Below, piece by piece: positions 1-8,723 of a stretch of 64,000 nt of DNA. Numbering within the stretch: the first letter of the stretch is position 1; the number at the start of each line of letters is the position of its first letter. This stretch comes from a virus. The DNA is taken from positions 64,001 to 128,000 of the IMG/VR virus record IMGVR_UViG_3300031414_000009. One strand, 5' to 3'. A program made the position numbers and the translations under genes. Below the pieces are notes generated by a model. That model was not told the DNA's origin. It saw nothing but the letters and a program-made list of their open reading frames with translations, and did not search any database.

Positions 1-476
1 ACCCGTAATGCTTCACGCTTTTTGTCTGCACTGACTTTCGAATTAGACATTACCTGTTGCATCACTAAGAAAGGTGCGCCGGGTATGCCACTGGTTGCTA
101 CGCTAACGTAATGCGGGTTCGAGAAACGTTCCGGATGTACAAGCTTTTCAATTTCATCTGCTGTACCGGATGCAGATAATTCATTGTTTTTGTAAAAATC
201 TACCGCACGCGATAACACCCGACGCGGTTCGTACGATGCCAGATCAACACCACCGCCGTATTGCGTAAAACCGCACGTCTCGATGACATGGAGTTCTTTA
301 TTAAGATTCTGTGCGTATTCAACCACACGGTCGATGCTTTTGCGGCGTTCGCGTTTGATGTACCACGCAGTTTGTTTGATAAGGCGACGAAGCTCACCCA
401 GGCACATAACAAAAACAAAGAGTGCGTTAAACGCAATCAGTAAAACGGTGAGTTTAAGCAGTGTAAATAAGTCCAT
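1..476 (-). CDS. Hypothetical membrane-anchored protein, 3' end outside the window
   Basis: Read manually: AAGGA RBS then ATG at 476, MDLFTLLKLTVLLIAFNALFVFVMCLGE..., open to base 1; hydrophobic N-terminus; absent from the ORF track because it runs off the edge. Confidence 0.7.
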   Translation of the reverse strand, partial: MDLFTLLKLTVLLIAFNALFVFVMCLGELRRLIKQTAWYIKRERRKSIDRVVEYAQNLNKELHVIETCGFTQYGGGVDLASYEPRRVLSRAVDFYKNNELSASGTADEIEKLVHPERFSNPHYVSVATSGIPGAPFLVMQQVMSNSKVSADKKREALR

Positions 477-508
477 TGGAAGTCCTTAACAAAAAAGATA
501 AATAGAAA

Positions 509-533
509 AGAGGAGACCGAAATGGTCTCCTCT
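509..533. terminator. Intrinsic terminator hairpin
   Basis: AGAGGAGACC-GAAAT-GGTCTCCTCT 10-bp stem, A-rich on the left, TATG on the right. Confidence 0.75.
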
Positions 534-541
534 CTATGACG

Positions 542-976
542 TCAATCGAAATAGCCGACCCAGATGTTTCTGCTAGCAAACCCGCTCTTGAAGTCTGCCG
601 TCTTATGCTCAGAATCGACCATGTATCGCAATAGCTTTTCATCTAATGCGAATGCTCTATTCTTGAACTCTTCAGACACATTCATATCGCGAGTCGCAAC
701 CCAGATACCGTAGTGAACCGGCCAGTATCCGTGATTAGCGATAATATCATCCGGGCTAAGCTCTAACCACTCGGTGTGAGTATTACCACAGAACTTACGA
801 AACTCTTCAAGAGTCTCATAGGACTTGCCACCCCGCATGCAGCCCGGGAATTCACCAGCAGCAAAGTATCCGTTTTTATACAGTACATACCCACCGCACT
901 GCACAAAGCCAGAGTTCGTGCTGATAATCTCAAATGCACGCTCTATGGAAACTGGCGTACCAGCGCTAATTTGCAT
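542..976 (-). CDS. Hypothetical protein
   Basis: 144 aa ORF overlapping the upstream gene, followed by a terminator. Confidence 0.7.
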   Translation of the reverse strand: MQISAGTPVSIERAFEIISTNSGFVQCGGYVLYKNGYFAAGEFPGCMRGGKSYETLEEFRKFCGNTHTEWLELSPDDIIANHGYWPVHYGIWVATRDMNVSEEFKNRAFALDEKLLRYMVDSEHKTADFKSGFASRNIWVGYFD

Positions 977-1562
977 CGGTCATATCCAGGAATTCAATGC
1001 CCTGGAATACGCAACCAGAGCTAGACTGGACATCTGCGTTAGAATACATTACACGAACCCGAGTTTCAAAGCCGCGAACCATACGAACTTTGAATTCAAT
1101 TGGGTGGATGTACTGTTCTTTACGCACCGGGTTTCTGAACGCGGGTGGGAAGGATGGCGTACTGGTACTGCTCATGGATGGTCCGAAGTCGTAGCCAGCT
1201 GCTTCCGCATAGGTAGCACCAATGGTATTCACTTTACCACGGGCGTCACCAGCACACACCTTCGCGTATTTGCTGTCCGGAGAATTGTAGCCGTTGGCAG
1301 ACTGTGCGTGCTGGACTGGTTCTTCGGTCGCTTTCCGCTGAGCTTCGAGTTTCTTCTGTCGCTCTTGAGCTACCTTCAGTTGACGACTGGACTCTTCGGA
1401 AGCCAGGCGTGCGTTATTGGCGACAATCGCCGCATTGGACGCAGTTACTGCCGCCATCGATGCCGTTACCGCAGCTGACGTGACTACTGTCACAGCCTGC
1501 ACCGGCATTGCGTAGCCGCACAGCGCTACGATTGCAGCAATCAAAACAGTGAATCTTTTCAT
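966..1562 (-). CDS. Hypothetical exported protein
   Basis: Signal-peptide-like start MKRFTVLIAAIVALCGYAMPVQA; GAGG RBS. Confidence 0.7.
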   Translation of the reverse strand: MKRFTVLIAAIVALCGYAMPVQAVTVVTSAAVTASMAAVTASNAAIVANNARLASEESSRQLKVAQERQKKLEAQRKATEEPVQHAQSANGYNSPDSKYAKVCAGDARGKVNTIGATYAEAAGYDFGPSMSSTSTPSFPPAFRNPVRKEQYIHPIEFKVRMVRGFETRVRVMYSNADVQSSSGCVFQGIEFLDMTDAN

Positions 1563-1570
1563 TTATATCC

Positions 1571-2914
1571 TCACGCAACAAGTTGAATGCGAAGTGTACC
1601 TTCTTTGTAGAGAGCATCCACAAAGCCCTGTACGCTATCGCTATTGGTTTTAAAGGTTTTCTGCACCGTTGCACCGGGCAGCGGATTGAAGATGTCTGGT
1701 GCGTTGTATGCTTCGCCTGGGAACATCAGCTCGATATACCGACGCAGTTCGGCGTCTTCCAGATAACCGATGTAGACACGAGCATCAACACGCTCATCGC
1801 GAATCAATGCCTCATCTAATTTCTCAGGATGGTTGGTAGTCATGATGACAATAACATCATCAAGGCCGAGAACACCGTCCAGACCATTTAACATGTCAGA
1901 AAGATTACCGGTCAGATATTCGTCCACAGCGTCACGAGATTCCCCATTCGCTGGAGCTTCTGGCAGCTGCTCACCGTCCCGTTCTTTCTTGATCTTCTTG
2001 ACTACCCCAAACTCTGGGTCAGTCTCAGCGTTGTCACGACGCCGTGATACTGAGTAGGTGTCGATATCTTCCATCAACACAACACCACCCTTGGCGCTCT
2101 GGAACAGTGAGTTGTATGACAAACTGCCGTCTGGGCGTAGGATATGCACAGATCGATTTAGCATCGACGCAATAGCTGCCGCCAGTGAGCTTTTACCCGT
2201 ACCCGGTGGTCCGTACAGTAGTACCGTGAACTTATAGTTAAAGCCACGCTTGACATACCACTCACGATTGGTCTGGAATTTACGTAGGGGTTCGATAAGC
2301 TCTTTCTGAACCTTATCGCTCACAATGACTGTTTCGGGAGAACGTTTGTTCATCCGACTAATCCAGTTCCAATCAGACTTAGCACTTTCAAACACCGTAA
2401 CCTGATTATCGCTGTCGTCCTTTTCCATGAACGCATCCATGAGACGATAAAGTGGTTCCTTGCTTCGACCTAGCGTCGATATGCTAACACGGTACTTAGA
2501 CTGGTTAGACTGATTGGCTTGGTCTTCTGCGATGGTGAAGAAATAGAACCGACGCTGGTAGATGAAGAAGTGTGTTCCCACGCCTGGACCAACCGACCCT
2601 TTGCCTCCATTACCATCCAGTGTAATGACGCGACTCCAGTTGAACCAGGAGTTCTTAGCAAACCACGCTAAGAAGGCAATGTACTGACGACTGTTGTATT
2701 CGGACCAGTTTGTAGACGCAGTAGAGAAACTCAACTTAGTCATGCACTGTGTACGAACAAAATGCATCACCCGGTTGGGTAGTTTCCACAGGATGAAACC
2801 GATGCCTCCTGTGAATACCAGGGAGCTGGTCGTTACAATCGCTGCCTGTGCCGCTGGCCATGGTTTGGCATAGTCCAGCAGCAGCTGATAAACCGCAAGC
2901 AAATGTTCAATCAT
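1571..2914 (-). CDS. BCS1-like membrane-anchored AAA+ ATPase
   Basis: N-terminal TM; BCS1-N-like motifs GPGVGTHFFIYQ and TLGRS; EWYVKRG; Walker A GPPGTGKS; Walker B LMEDID; LNGLDG; SRH TTNHPEKLDEALIR. Confidence 0.85.
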   Translation of the reverse strand: MIEHLLAVYQLLLDYAKPWPAAQAAIVTTSSLVFTGGIGFILWKLPNRVMHFVRTQCMTKLSFSTASTNWSEYNSRQYIAFLAWFAKNSWFNWSRVITLDGNGGKGSVGPGVGTHFFIYQRRFYFFTIAEDQANQSNQSKYRVSISTLGRSKEPLYRLMDAFMEKDDSDNQVTVFESAKSDWNWISRMNKRSPETVIVSDKVQKELIEPLRKFQTNREWYVKRGFNYKFTVLLYGPPGTGKSSLAAAIASMLNRSVHILRPDGSLSYNSLFQSAKGGVVLMEDIDTYSVSRRRDNAETDPEFGVVKKIKKERDGEQLPEAPANGESRDAVDEYLTGNLSDMLNGLDGVLGLDDVIVIMTTNHPEKLDEALIRDERVDARVYIGYLEDAELRRYIELMFPGEAYNAPDIFNPLPGATVQKTFKTNSDSVQGFVDALYKEGTLRIQLVA

Positions 2915-3804
2915 ACTAAGTCCCTCTGGAACAGTACAAGTGCCAGCGCCGCTGTAAAGGTATCGCAGATAGTTTTACCTTTAACCGTCAACCCACCCAC
3001 GCGAATGTTAAAGTCACGCAGTTCAAATCCGATATCGATAGAAATCCCGCGATAGTCTGCTGCGCAATTCAACGCATCACAGTCGCAGAGGAAATCTGGC
3101 GTATCGAACGTATTGTAGTTGTAATCTGGCGATGGTACAATTATCTTAACATCACCAAGGTCTACTGGGTCACCAGCTACGGTAATTACCGTCATTTTGT
3201 TTTCTTCGTAGTTCTCCCGCACCACCGGCTGGCGAAGTTGGCGAGAGAAACCCGAGATGGTAGTCAGTGCCGTATGGACCAACGCCTCATCACCAGTTAC
3301 CACCACACCATTCACTTCACGTCCTGCGGGAAAGAACGGTTGGTTAGGAACTGACTCTGCCTTTACTAATAGGTCGCGGGTGTGTTGGATTAATTCGGCC
3401 ATAGCCTCACCCAGCGGTTTGTTCAATGCGGCTGCGATAGGCATGTCGTGCTTATCAACCACAACTGCATTGTACAGGTTGGTGCTACTGATACGACGCA
3501 ATACCAGAGACCCCTGTAGCTTTTCAACCATAGCCCAAAGGGTGCGATGGTCTTTCACATACTGAGGACATACGTCAGTATAGGAGTAATGCGAGAGTGC
3601 TGCACCCGGACCTTTCTCTACGATGGTCTGTAAGTTGCGCTGGTTAGACACCAACGTTGATTTTAATGCGCGCTCTACTAACGCTGCTGCGGCATTGTAG
3701 ACGTAGGGATTCAGGTCCATCTCCCCACCAGGTTGTTCTTTGAGTGAGAATCCATTGTCTAAACAGATCTCACGAATATCTGCTTTGGTTAAAATGCTTT
3801 TCAT
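2911..3804 (-). CDS. Hypothetical protein
   Basis: 297 aa ORF, 4-bp overlap with the AAA gene, AGGA RBS. Confidence 0.75.
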   Translation of the reverse strand: MKSILTKADIREICLDNGFSLKEQPGGEMDLNPYVYNAAAALVERALKSTLVSNQRNLQTIVEKGPGAALSHYSYTDVCPQYVKDHRTLWAMVEKLQGSLVLRRISSTNLYNAVVVDKHDMPIAAALNKPLGEAMAELIQHTRDLLVKAESVPNQPFFPAGREVNGVVVTGDEALVHTALTTISGFSRQLRQPVVRENYEENKMTVITVAGDPVDLGDVKIIVPSPDYNYNTFDTPDFLCDCDALNCAADYRGISIDIGFELRDFNIRVGGLTVKGKTICDTFTAALALVLFQRDLV

Positions 3805-3856
3805 GGTTTCGAGTCCTTGTTAATAATATCAATAGATTACTGGTGTCTGTTTTTTG

Positions 3857-4678
3857 TTATTTGTCTACAGTATCTGCGTTTGAGGTGAACCACCAGTTTG
3901 GACGTGGGTCGTGGTTGGTCGGGGGCATGTTGTCACGAACCTGAGTAAACGGTCTCCCCATAGCAGCAGACTTACTGACATACTCGCTATCTGTTTTAGT
4001 GCGGTCTTTAACGTCCTCAGCCCGTCTCTGTCGATTGATCAACAGTTTGGTGTGGATAGTGTGGCCATACGTTTCCTTGTAAGCAGCGAGCGTCTGCTTA
4101 GCCATTTTACATGGTCTGCACTTCCCACACTGACTGTATTTATTCTCACCCTCACTGTTAGGCATTTCACACACCCAGATCATGTTCACCAACTCTGGAT
4201 CGATTGCATCGAGTATCTGATACTTCTCAAGATCAATCAGTGGCCAGTTAACTGGGATCGGGTCATGCCATCGTGTAAAGCGTTGGAGTTCACGCCAGGC
4301 ATTTTCTATATTGGGCAGCCAACGACAGAAACCACCGTCACTATAAACGTATCCCACTTGCAACTCGCTGTGTCGGTCATTGTCAATAACTGACAGTGCA
4401 GCAAACAACCACGCGGCCGGTTGTGAGTAGCGATTCCCCGGCGTTTGTGCAAAGCTGATGTGTGGGGCACGAAAATCTTTCTGCACTTTGTGTGGGCAGG
4501 TTTTATTTAAATAGGAGATGATTTTCTCACGAGCAACTAGCTCAGATGCGATCTTAGCGGGATGCTGTCCACCGTCGGCGTACATTACATCGCACGGTCC
4601 GATTTGGAGTTGCTTGTATACCAACGCAGTGGAGTCCAGTCCGCCAGAAAACAGAATCAGTGGAATTTTAGTGGTCAT
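3857..4678 (-). CDS. queC: QueC-family PP-loop ATP pyrophosphatase (7-cyano-7-deazaguanine synthase-like)
   Basis: PP-loop LILFSGGLDST and C-terminal Zn site WVC...CGKCRPC; family clear, substrate uncertain. Confidence 0.75.
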   Translation of the reverse strand: MTTKIPLILFSGGLDSTALVYKQLQIGPCDVMYADGGQHPAKIASELVAREKIISYLNKTCPHKVQKDFRAPHISFAQTPGNRYSQPAAWLFAALSVIDNDRHSELQVGYVYSDGGFCRWLPNIENAWRELQRFTRWHDPIPVNWPLIDLEKYQILDAIDPELVNMIWVCEMPNSEGENKYSQCGKCRPCKMAKQTLAAYKETYGHTIHTKLLINRQRRAEDVKDRTKTDSEYVSKSAAMGRPFTQVRDNMPPTNHDPRPNWWFTSNADTVDK

Positions 4679-4697
4679 TTCTTTTCCTTGTTAAAGA

Positions 4698-4723
4698 GCA
4701 TAAAACCAGGACCGAAGTCCTGG
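4698..4723 (-). terminator. Terminator hairpin with TTTTATGC tail
   Basis: Minus strand CCAGGAC-TTCG-GTCCTGG-TTTTATGC. Confidence 0.8.
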
Positions 4724-4729
4724 CTTAGT

Positions 4730-5158
4730 TTATACGTAAATCCAATACTCAGGGACGTCAGCTTCATCGAGAGCAGCGTTGTACTGTTGTTCAGTAACGA
4801 CGCCAGCTTTCCAATTGGTGATGTCAACGGTTGGGCTGTTAAGTCCCATTAGGCAGGCGGCGTGATAACGACTTTCGGTATCGATGACCTGACCCACATT
4901 TAACCCACCATTTGCGAACAGTTTCGACATGGCTTTAAAGTGTGTCCGGAAGGTTTCCCGTGGTCCGTTAGGTCCGTCAAGTGGAAACTCAATAGTCTCC
5001 CGAACAGAACTCGGCCGGCGGCCTAAAACCGGAATCACCACCTCACGGTTAAATGCGTTCATTGCACGCACACTACTTTCCGTTAAGAACAAAACTGAAA
5101 GTACGCCAGACGACATTTCACTACGTACAGTTAACTGGATATCAATCACGTCATCCAT
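4730..5158 (-). CDS. Hypothetical protein
   Basis: 142 aa ORF coupled to the HD gene. Confidence 0.7.
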   Translation of the reverse strand: MDDVIDIQLTVRSEMSSGVLSVLFLTESSVRAMNAFNREVVIPVLGRRPSSVRETIEFPLDGPNGPRETFRTHFKAMSKLFANGGLNVGQVIDTESRYHAACLMGLNSPTVDITNWKAGVVTEQQYNAALDEADVPEYWIYV

Positions 5159-5924
5159 TTTGTTTCCTCATATGCCGAACGAGTTCATCGACTTGCAGAC
5201 GAATGGCACCAGGCAGAACCGACTTAAACATCTTCTCGCCTGGCACCGTCTGGAACGTCCCCGATAAACTCATGCCGTAATCGATATTGCGTTTCAACCA
5301 CTCGCCGTAATCCGACACCCCGAACCGTGGACCTAACTCTTCGAACAGTCGATTTGACAGTTCCCGGTTAAGGAAGTACGTTGCGTAGATTTGGTCGGCG
5401 TCACGCAATAGCCCGGCAGGTAGATCGATCGTGTGCCCTTCTGGCAATGGCCAGATGGTATCGCCAATCAACCGAAGGGTCTCGGCGTGCCACTTGGGAT
5501 ATATGACATCCAGAGCACCACACTCATTGATCGAACTGATGGTGTTGGCGATGTTGAACGCATCGTCGTAACTAGCCGCGTGGTTGTAATCGTGCAGCAG
5601 AGCCGCATAGATCAGTGGTGGCCAAACTTCACCACCGCCAGCCTTAGCCAACATAAATGCAATCCACGCCACCCCGATTAAGTGGTGCGTAGAGTGATAG
5701 CTACCGCCCGGTCTGTTAGTGGCGATGACGAAATTGATGAGACCATCATATTCATCAAAGAACTCGGTAGACCAATACGAGGGCACACCTGTTGCAAGGT
5801 CACGCTCGGATGGATCTACGTCTTCGAGTTTAAATGGCACAGTGAAGGTCAAATCCATCGGCCGTGCTGTTATCACATCGGTACGCGGACCAATTAGTCG
5901 TATGTTAGCAGTATTATCCGACAT
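5151..5924 (-). CDS. HD-domain metal-dependent phosphohydrolase
   Basis: YHSTHH...AALLHDYNH...LRDAD motif series of the HD/PDEase superfamily. Confidence 0.8.
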   Translation of the reverse strand: MSDNTANIRLIGPRTDVITARPMDLTFTVPFKLEDVDPSERDLATGVPSYWSTEFFDEYDGLINFVIATNRPGGSYHSTHHLIGVAWIAFMLAKAGGGEVWPPLIYAALLHDYNHAASYDDAFNIANTISSINECGALDVIYPKWHAETLRLIGDTIWPLPEGHTIDLPAGLLRDADQIYATYFLNRELSNRLFEELGPRFGVSDYGEWLKRNIDYGMSLSGTFQTVPGEKMFKSVLPGAIRLQVDELVRHMRKQNG

Positions 5925-5956
5925 AGTTAAACGGGGAGCCTAAACTCCCCCTCCAG

Positions 5957-7276
5957 TTAGTTTGACGGCGGGTTATCGCAGTTAGCTTCCGGCACGGTAT
6001 CGTATTTGATATCGCGCTTAGGATGTGGGATGTTCAGTGTGTCACGCATACGCCACAGCCAATCAGTCTGATCGCCTGCAACCACCAGGACATGACCGGC
6101 ATCCTGCGTAACGTGATACACATTACTTTCGCTGGTGAGTACGTCATCCCAACGTAAACAAACCAATTCGGTTTTCTCCCAGTCCGACATATCGTCTTTG
6201 ACATGGTAAACCGGCAGTGCTTTAAAGCAACCACCACGCAAGTCACCGGCGTCACTGTAGAACTGACCTGCACGCACAACAACGCCAGCGGGGATCATGG
6301 CTATCGCACGCTTGACATGCTGGATTAAGTCATACGAGAGACTCACACCAACGATCTCAACTTCGTCCGGCTCGGGTGCGTCGCTGTCATACATACTTGC
6401 CCAGCGAAGGTCGCTCAACACACTCATGTGTCGTTCATACGGATGCGTTATTTCTGGGATCTCCAGCTCCGCATGCGCCCAAATATCCAGAGTGGCTTGT
6501 TCTACCAACTGCGCTAAGTGAGGGGTGATCTCCTCAGTCTCACGATACACTACCGGTTCAATGCGCTGACCCGATGCGGTAGCCAGCGCCATGTAGGTAA
6601 TCATCTGACGAGCCGGGTCGGTATCTACCGGCATGCGCAGACGCATTGTCTCATCCGTATAGTGAATACGCTGTGACTTTGCTTCGTGGTTGAACGGGAA
6701 CGAGATCTTACCACGGCGGGTGTGTCCAGACCATGCCTGAAAATCGTGCCACGGCGAAGGGAACTCAACGGCAAAGCGGTCCAGCCAGTAGGCTTCCTTA
6801 CTTACTGGGTCACGGAAGATAGTGCCGAACCGCTTGTTCTGGTCTGAGTTGCCAGGACCATGCGACATCCATTCGTCATCCGTACCCTGGAGTGGTGTAA
6901 ACGGACGGAACGTTACGGCAGCAATGAGGAACTGAATCAATTGCGCCATGGCCGGCAGGTTAAACTGAATCAGCTCGCGGTAGACCGGTTTTTCCACATC
7001 TATTGCATCAACCAACTCGGGATAATCGCTACCGATTTTGGAGTAGAGCTTTTCGATCTCCGGTGACTGGCCAAACTCAGCTCGCGCTTCCATAATACCC
7101 ATTGTGAGTTCAGCGACAGTATTAACGACATCGCGCAGGGCGTAAAGATTTCCTGCTGCGCCGCCCTCACGGGATGAGTATGCCAAACAGCGATGCGCTG
7201 CCGCAACTTGCTCTTCGGTCAACGTGGACTTCGGAAGGTAAGATAGTTCTTTATCAAAATGACTTTGGTATGACAT
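5957..7276 (-). CDS. Hypothetical phage protein
   Basis: 439 aa ORF, AGGA RBS; PFTPLQGTDDEW...QNKR segment recalled from other phage hypotheticals. Confidence 0.75.
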   Translation of the reverse strand: MSYQSHFDKELSYLPKSTLTEEQVAAAHRCLAYSSREGGAAGNLYALRDVVNTVAELTMGIMEARAEFGQSPEIEKLYSKIGSDYPELVDAIDVEKPVYRELIQFNLPAMAQLIQFLIAAVTFRPFTPLQGTDDEWMSHGPGNSDQNKRFGTIFRDPVSKEAYWLDRFAVEFPSPWHDFQAWSGHTRRGKISFPFNHEAKSQRIHYTDETMRLRMPVDTDPARQMITYMALATASGQRIEPVVYRETEEITPHLAQLVEQATLDIWAHAELEIPEITHPYERHMSVLSDLRWASMYDSDAPEPDEVEIVGVSLSYDLIQHVKRAIAMIPAGVVVRAGQFYSDAGDLRGGCFKALPVYHVKDDMSDWEKTELVCLRWDDVLTSESNVYHVTQDAGHVLVVAGDQTDWLWRMRDTLNIPHPKRDIKYDTVPEANCDNPPSN

Positions 7277-7308
7277 ATCGCTTTCCTTATTTTAGCGGTA
7301 ATGTACTT

Positions 7309-7653
7309 TTATTTAGCTGGCGTTGTTGTATACCACCAACCATCTTTGTTCAACTCAACGTTGTACCGCTGAGTCGCAGCCACACGCTTATCGTAGCGAG
7401 ACATGATTGCCCGCACGGCGGTGGGTAGTTTCACGATCTGGTTAATAACCTCGTCAGTGATAATGTTCTCGCCCGGTTTGAAGCGAAGAGTTGACGTCTC
7501 TTGATCAAACTCAACTTCCACCCAGCGAGGTGAACCCATTGCTTTATATACCGCCATGTTAATGCGAAGGCCACTCCACTTATTAACACTAACGGTAAAC
7601 GGTTCCGGCGCTTTGGTGTCCTCCGGTATTTCTCTGGTTTTAACCCACCCCAT
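7309..7653 (-). CDS. Hypothetical protein, AbrB-like fold suspected; paralog of 7640-8011
   Basis: Start moved to MGWVKT after GGAGAG RBS; GLRIN...G.P...EFD.E...LRFKP and DGWWY shared with the neighbour. Confidence 0.65.
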   Translation of the reverse strand: MGWVKTREIPEDTKAPEPFTVSVNKWSGLRINMAVYKAMGSPRWVEVEFDQETSTLRFKPGENIITDEVINQIVKLPTAVRAIMSRYDKRVAATQRYNVELNKDGWWYTTTPAK

Positions 7654-8011
7654 CTTTATCTCTCCAACGTCGAGGGCTTTTAGTGATGTACCACCACCCA
7701 TCATCGGCCAGACCCACCACATGTCTGCGAGTCCTGTGCACATCCAGATCGCGATAGTAGGTATAATGCCTGGCTATCTCTTTACCTATCGACACCTGGT
7801 TGTATCTCAGACGATGGCCAGACTCGCTCGGTCTAAAACGGAGCTTGCATGCCTCGGGATCATATTGAATCTCAAGGCACGGATAGCCGGTCTGCTCAAT
7901 GGCCTGTCTAACATTGATGTTGAGTCGCATCCCACCCTGTGGAGTCATGCTAACAAAGTGAGTAGCGGGTTCCGCCTTACGCTCATTAACCTTCACAGGT
8001 AGGTACGTCAT
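7640..8011 (-). CDS. Hypothetical protein, AbrB-like fold suspected; paralog of 7309-7653
   Basis: GMRLN...GYP...QYDPE...LRFRP and DGWWY. Confidence 0.65.
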   Translation of the reverse strand: MTYLPVKVNERKAEPATHFVSMTPQGGMRLNINVRQAIEQTGYPCLEIQYDPEACKLRFRPSESGHRLRYNQVSIGKEIARHYTYYRDLDVHRTRRHVVGLADDGWWYITKSPRRWRDKDGVG

Positions 8012-8013
8012 GA

Positions 8014-8250
8014 TTACTCCGGCGCGTAGTGAAGTTTAGCCACGGCATAACCTTCGGCGGTCAGCACACACAGATGCGTGTCTTTACCCTTAGGTGCGGA
8101 CGCCACATCAACACGTTTACACAAACCTAATGCTGCCAACTCGGCTTCACCTGACTTAGCAGGGATCTCGCCTGCTTCACGAGGACCAAACCAAAACAAA
8201 GCGAACAGAGTATCGATCGCGCCACCACTTAACTTGTTAACGTTAATCAT
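8014..8250 (-). CDS. Hypothetical protein
   Basis: 78 aa ORF tightly packed in the operon. Confidence 0.65.
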   Translation of the reverse strand: MINVNKLSGGAIDTLFALFWFGPREAGEIPAKSGEAELAALGLCKRVDVASAPKGKDTHLCVLTAEGYAVAKLHYAPE

Positions 8251-8713
8251 CTAATTCCCTAAGAGTGTATTTAGCCAACCATGCCCAGTTGTGTTCGGAC
8301 GGTGTTACCTCAAGCGCCATCGATAACACTATTAGTGCCTCGTAGACAAACGGGAACTCCGCCACTAACGTCTTCCGATCGTCATAGTCGAATAACTGGT
8401 CATGTGGCCAACGGGTTTCTGGTGTACCTGCGGAATCAAACCACTCACCTTCCCACTCAATCCAAACGTGGGTCGGGGACCCAGTTAGATGACAGTCGAT
8501 ACCCATCTCTTTCAAACGTGCCCGTGCGAGTAATGCGTAAGCATGACACAGACCATTATTAATGTAGGTATCGATAGGGATAGGTGTGCCGTCGTCTGCC
8601 TTAGGCTCCTCACTGCACTCATACCCAAACGCGTAGCATGACAACATGCGCACGCTGGGCGAGAGGCAACTGTTAAGATCAGTCAATACTCTACGGATTA
8701 CCGCGTGCGACAT
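8243..8713 (-). CDS. Transglutaminase/papain-like Cys-His-Asp protein
   Basis: GLCHAYA...HVWIEWEGEWFD matches the transglutaminase-like core motif order. Confidence 0.6.
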   Translation of the reverse strand: MSHAVIRRVLTDLNSCLSPSVRMLSCYAFGYECSEEPKADDGTPIPIDTYINNGLCHAYALLARARLKEMGIDCHLTGSPTHVWIEWEGEWFDSAGTPETRWPHDQLFDYDDRKTLVAEFPFVYEALIVLSMALEVTPSEHNWAWLAKYTLRELDD

Positions 8714-8723
8714 GCTGGCTTCC

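Noticed and set aside
200-489. Three short ORF-track calls at the left edge
   Set aside because: Better explained by one minus-strand gene starting at 476 with an RBS and running off the window
825-1478. 217-aa plus-strand ORF
   Set aside because: Antisense to two coupled minus-strand genes, no RBS or recognisable motif
3857-4678. 7-deazaguanine DNA modification cluster
   Set aside because: No dpdA, folE, queD or queE in the window; only the QueC-family gene is supported
1571-5924. QatABCD-like defence operon (ATPase plus QueC plus hydrolase)
   Set aside because: The ATPase is BCS1/AAA rather than KAP type, the hydrolase is HD rather than TatD, and a terminator separates queC from the HD gene
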